This document shows positions 10,477 through 22,286 of a DNA stretch of 64,000 bases, in pieces. The position numbers and the translations under genes are program-made. The notes beneath the pieces are model-generated. The model was given only the letters and a program-made list of their open reading frames with translations, made no database searches and was not told the origin of the DNA. Source of the DNA: Anaeramoeba ignava BMAN (taxonomy: Eukaryota > Protista > Anaeramoebae). The stretch's first letter is position 1. Every line of letters begins with the position of its first letter. The DNA is taken from the NCBI GenBank assembly GCA_028826165.1, contig JAPDFW010000056.1, forward strand, positions 434,001 to 498,000, given 5' to 3'.

Positions 10477-13326
10477 ATGAAAACTTTTACTTTTTCAATT
10501 ATTGTTTTCCTTTTATTTTTACTTATTTCCTTTTCTTCTCATCAACAACTTGAAGTTTTTATTGTTCCTCACACACATGATGATCCTGCTTGGCTTGAAA
10601 CTTTTATGGGATATTACACAACAAGAGTTCAATATATTCTTACAAATACAATAACAGATTTACTTCAAAACCCAACACATAAATTTATTTATGTTGAAAA
10701 TTCTTTTTTTAGATATTGGTGGGATCAACAAAATTCAACAATGCAAGAAAATGTTATTAATTTAATTAAACTAAAACAATTTGAATTTGTAAATGGAGGA
10801 TATGTTATGAATGATGAAGCAGTTACAAATTATGATATGATTATAAATCAAATGACTATTGGTCATCAATGGATAAAAGAGAATATTGGTGAATTTGCAA
10901 TTCCTAAAATTGCATTTCACATTGATCCATTTGGAAGTTCAAATATGTCACCTTTTTTATTTTCACAAATGTGTTTTGATGCATTTGTTATTGATAGAAT
11001 TCCTTGGGATACTAAAATTGATTATATGGCATATAAACATATGGAATTTATTTGGAGAGGTTCAAGAAATTGGGGTTCTAAAAATGAAATGTTTACTTAT
11101 GTTTGTCCTCCAATCTTGTATGGAACTCCTGTTCCTTTTAATTGGGAGCACAATCCAGCAGATAATCCAGATATTACAGATGAAAATTTGGTTGAATCTG
11201 CAGATTTACTTGTTTCAGTTTGGAAAGACAGAAGTCGTGGATTTCTTCATAATCAATTATTATTTTTATTTGGTGATGATTTTGAATTTCATTATCCAGA
11301 AAAAGAATTTGGAAATATGGATAAATTACTTAATTACATCAATTCACATCAAGAAAAGTATAATGTTACTGCTCATTATTCAATTTTAAGTGAATATTTT
11401 GAATCAATCAATAAAGAACAAGTTAATTTTCCAATATTAGGTGCTGATGATTTTTTCCCTTATTACCTTCTTGATTTCCCAATAGAAAATAAGTGGTGGT
11501 CAGGATTTTTTACATCATGGCCTCTTTTAAAAGGATTAATAAGATCATCAAATGCTAATTTATTTACAATTGAATTTGCTAATACAATTTATAATTCCAA
11601 ATATCGAACAACAACACCTTTAATTCAAAATATTTTACCATTAAGAAATGCAGTTGCATTAACAGCTCATCATGATGCAATAACTGGAACTTCTCGTCCA
11701 GATGTTAATCAAGAACAATATATTGATAATCTAATATCAGGATCAAATATTGGAGATAAAGCATTTATCATATCATTACAACATGGATTAACCAAACCAG
11801 GAAATCAAGAACCAACACTTTCTTTAAATCAAACTGAAATGGAAAAAGTTCTTTCTAAAAATCAAACAGTTCCAATTATTGTTTTCAATTCATTAGGATG
11901 GACATTTGATGAACAAATCATTTCATTCAATTTATCATTAACTAATATGGATTTTGAAATTATTGGAACAGATTTAAACCCAGTTGAAAGTATTTATGAT
12001 AAAGAAATTGGAAAATTAACATTTATTGGAAAAGTACCAGCAATTGGATTTTCAACATATTTTATTCAACTCAAACAATCTCAAACAAACAAAATTATCA
12101 AAAATGTTATTTATCCAAATGAATTTAATTCACAAACCTATACAATCAGTAATAAATTCTATTCAATCACATTTTCAGGAGAAACAGGACTTGTTATACT
12201 TGTTAAGAATAAAGTTACAGGAGGTCTTTTCATAATTGATAATAATATTTTCAGATATTCGACCTATAAATCCGGTGCTTATATTTTTGATCCTTCAGAT
12301 TATGCCGAGCCATATAGTTCTAAAGTAGAAAGTATTACTCAAATCACAAGTGAACTTTATGATGAAATACATCAAGTATTTGCAAGTAATTTAACACAAA
12401 TATGGAGATTATATCGAACTAATAATGAAGATTTAGGAAGATTTATTGAAATTGAACATAAACTTGGACCTAATTTAGAAGGAAATAAAGAAGTAGTTAC
12501 AAGATTTATAACATCAATTCCATCAGAAGGTGTATTTTATCAAACTAATAATGATTTGGAAATTATGAAAAGAGTTTATAACTCAAGTGAATGCATTACA
12601 GAAAACTATTATCCATTTACAGGAGCATGTTGGATTGAAGATTCAAATCAAAGATTAACAATTATAACAGATCGAGCACATGGAATAACATCTATTGAAT
12701 CAGGAGTAATTGAAGTTATGATTGCAAGAAGAACTCTTCAAGATGATGGTTATGGTTTAGGTATGCCACTTGAAGATACAACTTATTATAAATCTAAACT
12801 TTGGATTATGTTTGATACTATTGAAGAATCAGAAAGATCAAGACATATTTCATCATTATTATTCAATACACCATTCAAATTAACATATGGAATATCACCC
12901 AATATTGGAATTAACGAATGGATGAATTCATATTTAAGTGAAACAACAACACTTTGTAATGATCTTCCAAGAAATATTCATTTACTATCATTAATTGAAA
13001 ATGAATATTCAACAAAACAAGGAATATTAAGATTACAACATCTTTATGAAAATGATACTGATTCAGAATATTCGAAAGTTGTTGAAATTTCATTAAATGA
13101 ATTATTTAGTTGTAATTTGAATGGATTTTCACCATCAAATTATCAAGAACAAACATTATCATTATTAATGACACCAAATCAATGTTCAACAAATCAAATG
13201 AAATGGAATCAAAACAAAGAATTAAATGAAGAATCAAAATCAAATTCAAATGAAACTGAAAATGAAACTATTGATACAATTTCAATTTATCCAATGCAAA
13301 TTCGAACATTTTTATTTGATTATTAA
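10477..13326 (+). CDS. Lysosomal-type alpha-mannosidase, GH38, copy 2
   Basis: Intact 949-aa ORF with signal peptide, VPHTHDDPAW, HIDPFG, HHDAITGT, SGAYIF and C-terminal PMQIRTF. Confidence 0.95.
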   Translation: MKTFTFSIIVFLLFLLISFSSHQQLEVFIVPHTHDDPAWLETFMGYYTTRVQYILTNTITDLLQNPTHKFIYVENSFFRYWWDQQNSTMQENVINLIKLKQFEFVNGGYVMNDEAVTNYDMIINQMTIGHQWIKENIGEFAIPKIAFHIDPFGSSNMSPFLFSQMCFDAFVIDRIPWDTKIDYMAYKHMEFIWRGSRNWGSKNEMFTYVCPPILYGTPVPFNWEHNPADNPDITDENLVESADLLVSVWKDRSRGFLHNQLLFLFGDDFEFHYPEKEFGNMDKLLNYINSHQEKYNVTAHYSILSEYFESINKEQVNFPILGADDFFPYYLLDFPIENKWWSGFFTSWPLLKGLIRSSNANLFTIEFANTIYNSKYRTTTPLIQNILPLRNAVALTAHHDAITGTSRPDVNQEQYIDNLISGSNIGDKAFIISLQHGLTKPGNQEPTLSLNQTEMEKVLSKNQTVPIIVFNSLGWTFDEQIISFNLSLTNMDFEIIGTDLNPVESIYDKEIGKLTFIGKVPAIGFSTYFIQLKQSQTNKIIKNVIYPNEFNSQTYTISNKFYSITFSGETGLVILVKNKVTGGLFIIDNNIFRYSTYKSGAYIFDPSDYAEPYSSKVESITQITSELYDEIHQVFASNLTQIWRLYRTNNEDLGRFIEIEHKLGPNLEGNKEVVTRFITSIPSEGVFYQTNNDLEIMKRVYNSSECITENYYPFTGACWIEDSNQRLTIITDRAHGITSIESGVIEVMIARRTLQDDGYGLGMPLEDTTYYKSKLWIMFDTIEESERSRHISSLLFNTPFKLTYGISPNIGINEWMNSYLSETTTLCNDLPRNIHLLSLIENEYSTKQGILRLQHLYENDTDSEYSKVVEISLNELFSCNLNGFSPSNYQEQTLSLLMTPNQCSTNQMKWNQNKELNEESKSNSNETENETIDTISIYPMQIRTFLFDY

Positions 13327-13521
13327 TTTTAAAATTCAAAATCAAATTCCATTTCCATTCAATCTCAATTTCAAATCCAAATTCAAATTTTCTTTTTTTT
13401 TTCAATCAAATTTCTTTTCAATTTTCTTTTCAAATTTCTTTTCAATTTTCTTTTCAATTTTTTCAATCAAATTTTTTTTCAATCAAATTTTTTTTTTTCA
13501 TTTTTTTTTCATTTTTTTAAA

Positions 13522-16080
13522 ATGTCTATTTTTCAAACACAAGAAGATCTAACTGGAATTAGGTTTTCTTGGAATATTTTTCCAAATTCTAAACAGGAAA
13601 ATGCAAGATTTGTTATTCCTGTTGGATGTTTATACACACCATTAAAACCAATTAATGATTTAAGAAAAGTAAAAAACAATTTTAAAATTAATAAAATTAA
13701 AATTCAATTAAAATTAAAATTAAAATTAAAATTAAAATTAAAATTAAAATTAAAATTAAAATTAAAATTAAAATTAAAATCAAAATTAAAATTAAAATTA
13801 ATAAAATTAAAATTAAAATTCATTTATAAAATTAAAATTAAAATTAAAAATAAATTCAAAATTAAATTAAAAAGCCAAATTATAATCCTGTAAAATGCCA
13901 AAAATGTAATGCAATATTGAATCCATATACAACAATTGATTTCCAATCAAAAATATGGGTATGTCCATTTTGCTATCAAAGAAACAAACTTCCTGAGACA
14001 TATAATTCAATAACTGAACAAAATTTACCGATAGAATTAATACAATCATTCCAAACAATAGAATACCAATTACAAGAACAACCAAGTCTTCCACCAGCAA
14101 TAATATTTCTTATAGATGTTGCTTGTGACGAAGAAGAATTGGCTTCATTAAAAGATTCATTAATGAAAACATTAAGTTTGATTCCAGAAAATTATTTGGT
14201 TGGAATAATTACATTTGGAGCAACTATTGAAATATATGATTTAAGTTTTATGGATTTTCCAAAATCCGTTATGATCCGAGGAGCAAGAACATTAAGCGAT
14301 TTACAAATTAAATCATTTCTTGGATTGAAGAATTACGGACAAAATTTCCAAAATCAAAATTTCCAAAATCAAAATTTCCAAAATCAAAATTTCCAAAATC
14401 AAATCATTTCCCAAAAAGATACTATTGATGGAGTAACAAAATTTCTTCAACCTTTATCTGAATGTGAACTAACTTTATCAACAATCATTCAAGAATTACT
14501 AGTTGATCCCTGGAAACTAACAAACAAAAGAAGACCAATGGTCTCGACAGGATCTGCAATATTGGCAGCAGAAACAATATTAAGTCAGTGGAAAGGTGGA
14601 GGAAGAATAATGTGTTTTGTTTCCCATCCAACAACAAATGGGCCAGGAATGGTTGTTGGTCTTGAAAAAAAAGAGCCAATTAGATCCCATCATGATATCC
14701 AAAAAGAAACCGAAGTTGCCAGGAATACACAAAAATCCACTGAATATTTTGACTCGTTGGCTGATAAAGCCATCACAAATAATATTACTGTTGATGTTTT
14801 CTCTTGTTCATTGGACCAAACTGGCGTCTATGAGATGCGGAATTTAATCAAAAAAACTGGAGGATTACTTCTTATTGCAGACAAGTTCGACTCAGATGTT
14901 TTTCGTAATTCGCTAACTCGAATATTTCAAAAAGATAACATTTCTAATTCTGATGAGCTTTCAGATAAAGATTTCCTTTGCTATGATGCGACAATATCAA
15001 TATCAACTTCAAAAGAACTGAGAATTGCAGGAGCAATTGGGAATTGTTTTTCCGCAAACCAAAAAACTCCGTATGTGGCGGAAGCTGAGATTGGCATCGG
15101 CGGAACATCTTCGTGGAAATCTTGCTCAATTGATTCCATGTCTACTTTTGGATTTTACTTTGAAATTACAAACAGCGAGAAGAGTCCTGTTGAAAACAAA
15201 AAAATAGGAATGATCCAAATTTCAACAAAATATCGCACTCCACAAGGCCAATGGCGACTAAGAGTCACAACCTCCCCACACTATTTCGGTTCTGTTTTAG
15301 ACCCGCAGCAAAAGATGCAGATCATTCAGTCGTTTGATCAAGAGGCGGCTGCTGTGCTTATTGCGCGATATGCAGTTTTCAAAACGGAAACCGAACAGTA
15401 TTTGGCAATTATCCGTTGGATTGACAAAATTCTCATCAAGTTGATCTCGCAATTTGCAAAATTCCAAAAAGAAGATCCGAATTCATTCGATGTTCCAAAC
15501 AACTTCACAATTTATCCCCAATTCATGTTCCATTTCCGGCGGTGCAACTTGATGAAGGTTTTCAACAACTCGCCAGATGAGACCGTGTTTCATCGCCACA
15601 CTTTCTTAAGAGAAAGCACGATGAACTCGATTCTCATGATGCAGCCGATGCTTTACTCGTACTATCTGAGCAAGCCGCCGTCGCCAGTGGTTCTTGATGT
15701 TTCAAGCATATTGCCTGAAGCAATTCTTTTATACGACACTTATTTTCATGTTCTTGTTCATTTTGGAACTCAATTGGCAATTTGGCGGAATCAAGGTTAC
15801 CAAAATAATCCCGAATTCTCCAATTTTAAGCAACTTATTGAACAGCCCAAAAAAGACGCCTTAATTCTTTCAAATCCCCGTTTTCCTTTTCCTAGATTCA
15901 CTGAATGCGACCAAGGTTCAAGTCAATCTCGTTTTCTCACTTCAAGATGCAATCCTTCTCGAACTTATAAATCCAACTGGTTTTACAAATTTAACTGGTA
16001 AATCTCCAGTCATTCTAACTGAAGTTCCTTCTTTTGAAGTTTTTTTTGATGCTTTAAAACAAGCTGCAATGAATATTTAA
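13522..16080 (+). CDS. SEC23: COPII coat subunit Sec23
   Basis: Exon 1 13522-13668 (GIRFSWNIFP..VIPVGCLYTPLK), intron 13669-13874, zinc finger CQKC..NPY..WVCPFC, IRSHHDI, SFDQEAAAV, NNSPDET. An extra A near 15968 truncates the ORF; the corrected tail SPVILTEVPSFEVFFDALKQAAMNI* ends at 16080. Confidence 0.96.
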
Positions 16081-16244
16081 ATCAAAAAATTTAAAACGAA
16101 GAATTTTAAATCAAAAAATTAAAAGAAGATTTTTATTAAACTTTAAACAAAATATTAAATTTGGAATTTCCGTTTTATTTTTTCATTTTTTTCTTTTTTC
16201 TTTTTTATTTTTATTTTTATTTTTATTTTTTTAAAGTGAGAAAA

Positions 16245-17210
16245 ATGCAAGACCAAACAGATAATTTAATCAATCTTATTGAAATGTTTCCTACAATTTC
16301 ACCATTAATTGTAAACCAAAAACTGAATGAAACCAATCAAAACATTGAACAAACAATAGCACTACTTTTAGAAATGGACAAAGGGAACGAAAGAGAACAA
16401 CAAAAAAAGCAAGAAGATGAATTCCAAATTGAAGATTTAGAAGAAATTGAAAAAATATTGATTTCAGAAGATCCTCCATTTTTAACATTTGAGCAACAAC
16501 TTTCGGAAATTCGGTCCATAAAGCATCAAGAATGGGCTCTGAAAAAATCAATGGACAGCAACGGATTTGGGTTTTCAGATCAATATGGCGATTCGTTTAG
16601 AAGAGAAACTGATACAAAAGCGCAACTTGATGAAATTCGGAAAAAAAAACAAAGGGATTGGCAAGAAAAACGAAGAAGAGAATTCAATACAAATCAAGGG
16701 AAGGGATACAACCAAAGCAAGAAATCTGAGCCAAGTGATGATGGCTATTGGAATTTAATTGAGCAAGGAATTGATCCCAGAAATATGGGATTTTCATATA
16801 AAGAAAAAGGAAACGAAAAATTGACAGAATTTGATTTAATTGGAATCAAAGAATTGGAATTGACAAATAAATTCCGCAAGGAAAACGGTCTTCCTCCGCT
16901 CAAGGAAGATCGTTCACTACGAGAAATTGGAAAGGTTCATTCCAAAAATATGGGAGAAGGAAAAGTGCCTTTTGGCCATCAAGGATTTAATGATAGAGTT
17001 AGTCAATTTCCAATGCAACATTCTGCAGCAGGTGAAAATGTTGCAATGTCTAAAGGCTATAATGATGTTTCTTTTACTGCTGTTAATGGGTGGATTCATT
17101 CTCCTGGTCATAGAAAAAATTTATTAGGCAATTTTTCTCATTGTGGGATTGGTGTTTATAGAAATTCAAGAGGTGCTTATTATTCAACTCAATTATTTGC
17201 TTTGGTTTGA
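16245..17210 (+). CDS. CUE-domain + CAP/SCP-domain protein
   Basis: ATG 16245. N-terminal LIEMFPTIS..IVNQKLNETNQNIEQTIALLLEM is a CUE domain (MFP...LL). C-terminal TNKFRKENGLPPL..HSKNM..GH..GENVA..WIHSPGHRKNLL..GIGV..YSTQLF is a CAP domain. Confidence 0.85.
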   Translation: MQDQTDNLINLIEMFPTISPLIVNQKLNETNQNIEQTIALLLEMDKGNEREQQKKQEDEFQIEDLEEIEKILISEDPPFLTFEQQLSEIRSIKHQEWALKKSMDSNGFGFSDQYGDSFRRETDTKAQLDEIRKKKQRDWQEKRRREFNTNQGKGYNQSKKSEPSDDGYWNLIEQGIDPRNMGFSYKEKGNEKLTEFDLIGIKELELTNKFRKENGLPPLKEDRSLREIGKVHSKNMGEGKVPFGHQGFNDRVSQFPMQHSAAGENVAMSKGYNDVSFTAVNGWIHSPGHRKNLLGNFSHCGIGVYRNSRGAYYSTQLFALV

Positions 17211-17229
17211 AGTGGATTTATTTTCAACA

Positions 17230-17880
17230 ATTAAATAAAATTGATTAAATAAATTGGAATAAAATTAATTAAATAAATTGGAATAAATAAAATTAATTAA
17301 ATTAAATAAATAAAAATTAAATAATTAAATAAATAAATTTAATTAAATAAATTGGAATAAAAAATTATTAAATAATTAAAAATTGATTAAAAATAAATTT
17401 TGAATAAAATTAATTAAATAAATTGGAATAAAATTAATTAAATAAATTGGAATAAAATTAATTAAATAAATTGGAATAAAATTAATTAAATAAATTGGAA
17501 TAAATTTAATTAAATAAATTGGAATAAAATCAATTAAATAAATTGGAATAAAATTATTAAATAAATTTAATTAAAGTGGAATAAAATTATTTAAAAAAGT
17601 GGAATAAAATTAATTAAATAAAATGGAATAAAATTGATTAAAAATTGGAATAAAATTAATTAAATAAAATTATTAAATAAAATTAATTAAATAAATTAGA
17701 ATAAAATTAATTAAATAAATTGAATAAAATTAAATAAATAAAATTAATTAAATAAATTGGAATAAATTTAATTAAAAAAAGTGGAATAAAATTAATTAAA
17801 TAAATTGGAATAAAATTAATTAAATAAAGTGGAATAAAATTGATTAAATTGGAATAAAATTAATTAAATAAATTTTAAAT
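17230..17880. repeat. Intergenic ~25-mer tandem repeat (AAATTGGAATAAAATTAATTAAAT)n
   Basis: Periodic ttggaataaaattaattaaataaa units. Confidence 0.85.
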
Positions 17881-17967
17881 ATTTGATGAAAAAAAAAAAA
17901 ATGAAAAAAAGAAAAAATCATTTTTCAATCAATAAAAAAAAGAAAAAAAAAAGAAAAAAAAATTTAA

Positions 17968-19419
17968 ATGAATAAATTCCGAGTTCTTACATTTAATATA
18001 CTTGCACCACCATACAAAAGAACAGATCCAGAAGATGATAGAGTAAGAGAAAGTGCATTTCCAAAAATCTGGAAACCAAGAATGGCAAGTGTAGCAAAAT
18101 TAATAAGAGAAAATCAACCCGATGTTATTTGCCTTCAAGAATGTTGGTTTACGAAAAAAAACTTATCAATTTTAAAAAGGAATTTAACAAAAAAATATGC
18201 AGGAATTCGAATGCAACGCGTGAATGGACCTTGTCAACGGCCTGATGGGTTAGCTATCTTTGTAAATCAAAATCGGTTTGAGTTGCTTGATAGTTATTAC
18301 TTACCATTAGAGGGGTGTGGGGATCGTGTAGTCTTTCTATGTAGGATTAGAATGAAGGAACCAATTATAAAAGAAAATTCAAAAGAAAATTCAAAAGAAA
18401 ATTCAAAAGAAAATTTAAAAGAAAATTTAAAAGAAAATTTAAAAGAAAATTCAAAAGAAAATTCAAAAGAAAATTTAAATGAAAATTCAAAAGAAAATTC
18501 AAATGAAGAAATCAAAAATGAACATAAAAAAGAAAACTCCTTACCTGAAATATTAATTATCACAACTCACTTAACATTTCCTCATACATTTTCAGAACGT
18601 ATTGTGAGAGTTTGGCAAATTAAAAAAATCTTAAAGTGGATCAATAGTTTCGAAGAATACGCTCATTTACCACATATTCTGACTGGAGACTTCAATTTTC
18701 CGTTGGATATTGACCCAAAGGACAGTTCTGTGCGCAAAGAAATTTCGAAAAATAATTTCAAATCATCCCATTTCGAAATTCATAAAATGGATCCAATTAC
18801 TCACTTCAATCACAATAAAGAACATGTTGGAGTTGATTTCATTTACTATCGAAACTACTCACAGGATAATATTCATATCATGCAAGCATTTCCTGCAAAC
18901 TTCACCAAATCGCAAAGAATTGATATTGAAAAATATGCGGAAGTTTATGAAAAGGATGTGGATCTTTCAGAAAGTGTCTGTGAAGATACTATTCCGCAAT
19001 TTACAGAAACATCATATGATGATTTGTGTGAAATTGAGAAGGAAATGGAACAAGAAGTCATAATCACTGAGTCACTTAATAGTATGAGGACTGAATTAGT
19101 GGAGAATGTCACTGAAGAAATTTACAACGAAATTCATTCTGAAAATCACATTGAAAATTTTCAGAAAAAAGAACCAGAGAAAAAAATGGAATTGACTGAA
19201 GAAACAAATGTGATTTTTGAAGAATTCGAAGATACTTTTAGTGATGCTGAGCCTGAACCTCCAGAATTTGATATATTGTATGAAATTACTCCAAAATCAT
19301 CTTTTGTTCTTCCAAAAATTTTGCCTGTAAATCGGTTTCCAGATCTTTCTCAATGGTCGTTATCTGATCATCGTCCTTTAGTCACAGATTTTGAGATTTC
19401 TGAAATAAAAAAACGGTGA
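17968..19419 (+). CDS. Endonuclease/exonuclease/phosphatase (EEP; CCR4/nocturnin/Angel-like) protein
   Basis: Motifs TFNILAP, DVICLQE, DGLAIF, TTHL, GDFN, VDFIY, SDHRPL. KENS/KENL repeat insert and a long acidic insert. Confidence 0.88.
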   Translation: MNKFRVLTFNILAPPYKRTDPEDDRVRESAFPKIWKPRMASVAKLIRENQPDVICLQECWFTKKNLSILKRNLTKKYAGIRMQRVNGPCQRPDGLAIFVNQNRFELLDSYYLPLEGCGDRVVFLCRIRMKEPIIKENSKENSKENSKENLKENLKENLKENSKENSKENLNENSKENSNEEIKNEHKKENSLPEILIITTHLTFPHTFSERIVRVWQIKKILKWINSFEEYAHLPHILTGDFNFPLDIDPKDSSVRKEISKNNFKSSHFEIHKMDPITHFNHNKEHVGVDFIYYRNYSQDNIHIMQAFPANFTKSQRIDIEKYAEVYEKDVDLSESVCEDTIPQFTETSYDDLCEIEKEMEQEVIITESLNSMRTELVENVTEEIYNEIHSENHIENFQKKEPEKKMELTEETNVIFEEFEDTFSDAEPEPPEFDILYEITPKSSFVLPKILPVNRFPDLSQWSLSDHRPLVTDFEISEIKKR

Positions 19420-19579
19420 ATTTTTTCTTTCCATTTTTCTTTCTCTTTTTCTTTTTGAGAATTTTTTAAAATCAAAATCAAATCAAAAACAAAAAATTAA
19501 AATTTTTTTTCAAATTTTTTCATTTTTTCATTTTTTCATTTTTTCATTTTTTTTCATCATTTTTATTTTAAATTAAATT

Positions 19580-22286
19580 ATGGATCCAAATCCAAATATT
19601 CAAAAAATTCAAGGAGCTACTCAAAAATCAATTAAAAAAAGTTTTTTCAAAACAATTCTTCCTACATTTCTAACTGATACTATCGAACAAGTTGGCACAA
19701 TATTGCCAAATTCGATTAAAAAAAAGATAAAAGAAACAAGAAAAAAAGATCAAACTCTTGAAAACGAGAAAATAACACGAATTCACTTTGAACATTTACC
19801 AATTCCAGATTTAAAAAAAAGAAAATTATTTTTGATAATTTGTTATGTAAACGGTTTCCAAATTTGGGATGTCGATAATCCTGAGATAGAACATAAAGAA
19901 GTTGTTTCTGTTCGTTTAAATTTTGAGGTTAGGACTGTGAAAGTAAATTATTTGTCTATTCAAAAAGCGGTTAATTAGAGCAATAAGAAAAGAGAAAAAA
20001 AATTAATTTAGAAAATTTTATTGTTTTTTTTTTATTAAAATTTCTTCAATTTAGTTTCTTTTACAAAAACCAGAAAAAATGAAATTTGAAGATATTCAGT
20101 TGATTGTTATGTATTTAATTAATTTTAAAAAAAAGATGATTGAGAAATTTCTTTACTTTTTTTCCAATAAAACTTTTATTTAAAAAAAACCAAAAACAGA
20201 CCTTTAAAAAATCAAGATAAATTTTTACAAAGTCATTTATTAATTTATTCAATTAAAGAAAGTCAAATTTTAACCAAATATAAATTTGAAGAAAATATCA
20301 ATGGAGTTTTAACAACACCAGGACATGTTATTATTGGAACAAAATTAAGAGTATTTGTTCTTGATGCTGAAAATTTACAAATTAAATATAAATATGATAC
20401 TTATCCATGTTCAAATTTTGAGACAATATTTGATGTTGGGTCAAGATTTCTAGTTTTCCCAACAAAAGAATTACCACCATTTCATAGTCAAAATATCACT
20501 AAAAATAATCAAAGAGAAGGTGATGAATCTCCAAAGTTAACAGATTCAATTAAGAAATCTACAAAAAATGTTGTTTCAAAAGTTTCGGATTCTTTAACTG
20601 ATTCAATTTCAGAAAAAAATGCTGGAGTTGTGATGATTAAAGATTTGAAAAATAATAAAACAATATCACATTTTAGAGCTCATAAGCATGCGATATCTTC
20701 TTTATTTTTTAATGATTCAGGTTCTTTAGTGTGTATTCGAAAAATGAATCAAATTTAAAATCCATTCAAATTAAAATTCAAATTAAAATTAAAATTCAAT
20801 CAAAATTAAAATTAAAATTAAAATTAAAATTCAAAATTAAAATTAAAATTAAAATTAAATTTAAATCAAAATTAAATCAAATCAAAATTCAAATTAAAAT
20901 TAAATCAAAATCAAAATTAAATCAAAAATCAAAATTAAATCAAAATTCAAATTAAATTAGTTATTTACTTCTTCAATGATTGGAACTCACTTTCGAATTT
21001 TTAGAATAAATCCAACTCAAGATGAAACAAAACCAACAATAGAACTTTTATATACTCTAATCAGAGGAATGACTTCAGCAATTATCCAAAATGTTTCCTT
21101 TAGTCAAGGATCAAAATGGGTTGTTGTATCAACAAATCACGGAACTTCACATATTTTTGCAATTAATGCAACAGGAGAACCAGTTAGTATTTCAACACAT
21201 TTACCAGAATACATTTCGCAAGTTGAAACCATCAATGAAAAAACAACAAAAACAACTTACAAAGCTCTTTATAAAATCAAACAAAATACTTTTGAATGGA
21301 CAAACGAAGATTACAAAAAGGATTATGAAAAGGATTTAACTATTGATGAAAATGAAAATGAAAACAAGGAAATTCAACCACTTCTTTTATCATCAGTTTT
21401 TAACAAGAAATCAACCTTTTATATTGCAACAAAAGACGGAATTCTTTCCGAATATTCATTATCACCAAAACCTTTAAAAGTAAAAAAAGCACTTGATTTA
21501 TTGAGTAATTCAAACGAAGAAAATCAAAAAAAGCCAAAGTTTGAATTTAAAACGTTTGTGATTTCCCCAAAAAATTTGAAAAGCTGGTATGTTTGTCGCA
21601 AAAACTATTGGAAAGAAATTCAAGGCTCGATCAAAGAAATTGTGAAAATCACAAAGTTGGAACACTCAGAATCAGAAGCAGAATTGAGCCTTATTTTCAA
21701 CTCACAACAAAACAATCCAAAAATAACAACAAAATTCCACAACTATTTCACACAAAAACAAAACCAGCAAACAGAACCACAGAATATGGAAGAAATCACT
21801 GAGAAACTAATATTCGTCAATATAGAAACTGCAACTCACGAGTCTGCTTATCGTGATCCTTTATGGAAAGATCCTCAATTTGATTTTTGTAAATATATTG
21901 TGGATAAAAAAATTCAAGCAGAAAAAGAAGATGAAGAAATTGATAAATTAGAAGACGAACATATAGATTTGAATCCAAATCAAGAGTTGAAAGACAATGA
22001 AAGCGTAGAAGAAAATGGTTATTTTATTCAAATTGAAGAAAAAGACGAGCAAAAAACTCAGGATATGAAGAAAATTTATCATGAATTAAATATTGCAATG
22101 ATGACTAATTTGAATTTGTTCCAAAATTCTACTTCTACAGATATTCACGAACAAATTCTTACTTCAGATATAATAGACAATCCTTCTGATAATGAAGATT
22201 TTATTGATGATATTGAAAAATCTCCACAAAAACATCAAAATATCAAAATTGAAGAAAAAGTTATTGAAAATTTAAAAAAGAATTAA
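19580..22286 (+). CDS. BCAS3 / ATG18(f-h)-like WD40 beta-propeller
   Basis: Exons 19580-19942, 20055-20110, 20200-20728, 20961-22286 join in frame. Motifs YVNGFQIWDV, HFRAHKHAISSLFFNDSGSLLFTSS.IGTHFRIFRI, LYTLIRGMTSAIIQNVSFS..SKWVVVSTNHGTSHIFAIN. Confidence 0.85.

Noticed and set aside
18880-19280. Long insertion in the EEP protein as a possible intein
   Set aside because: Acidic low-complexity sequence with no N-terminal Cys/Ser block, no His-Asn terminus and no endonuclease motifs
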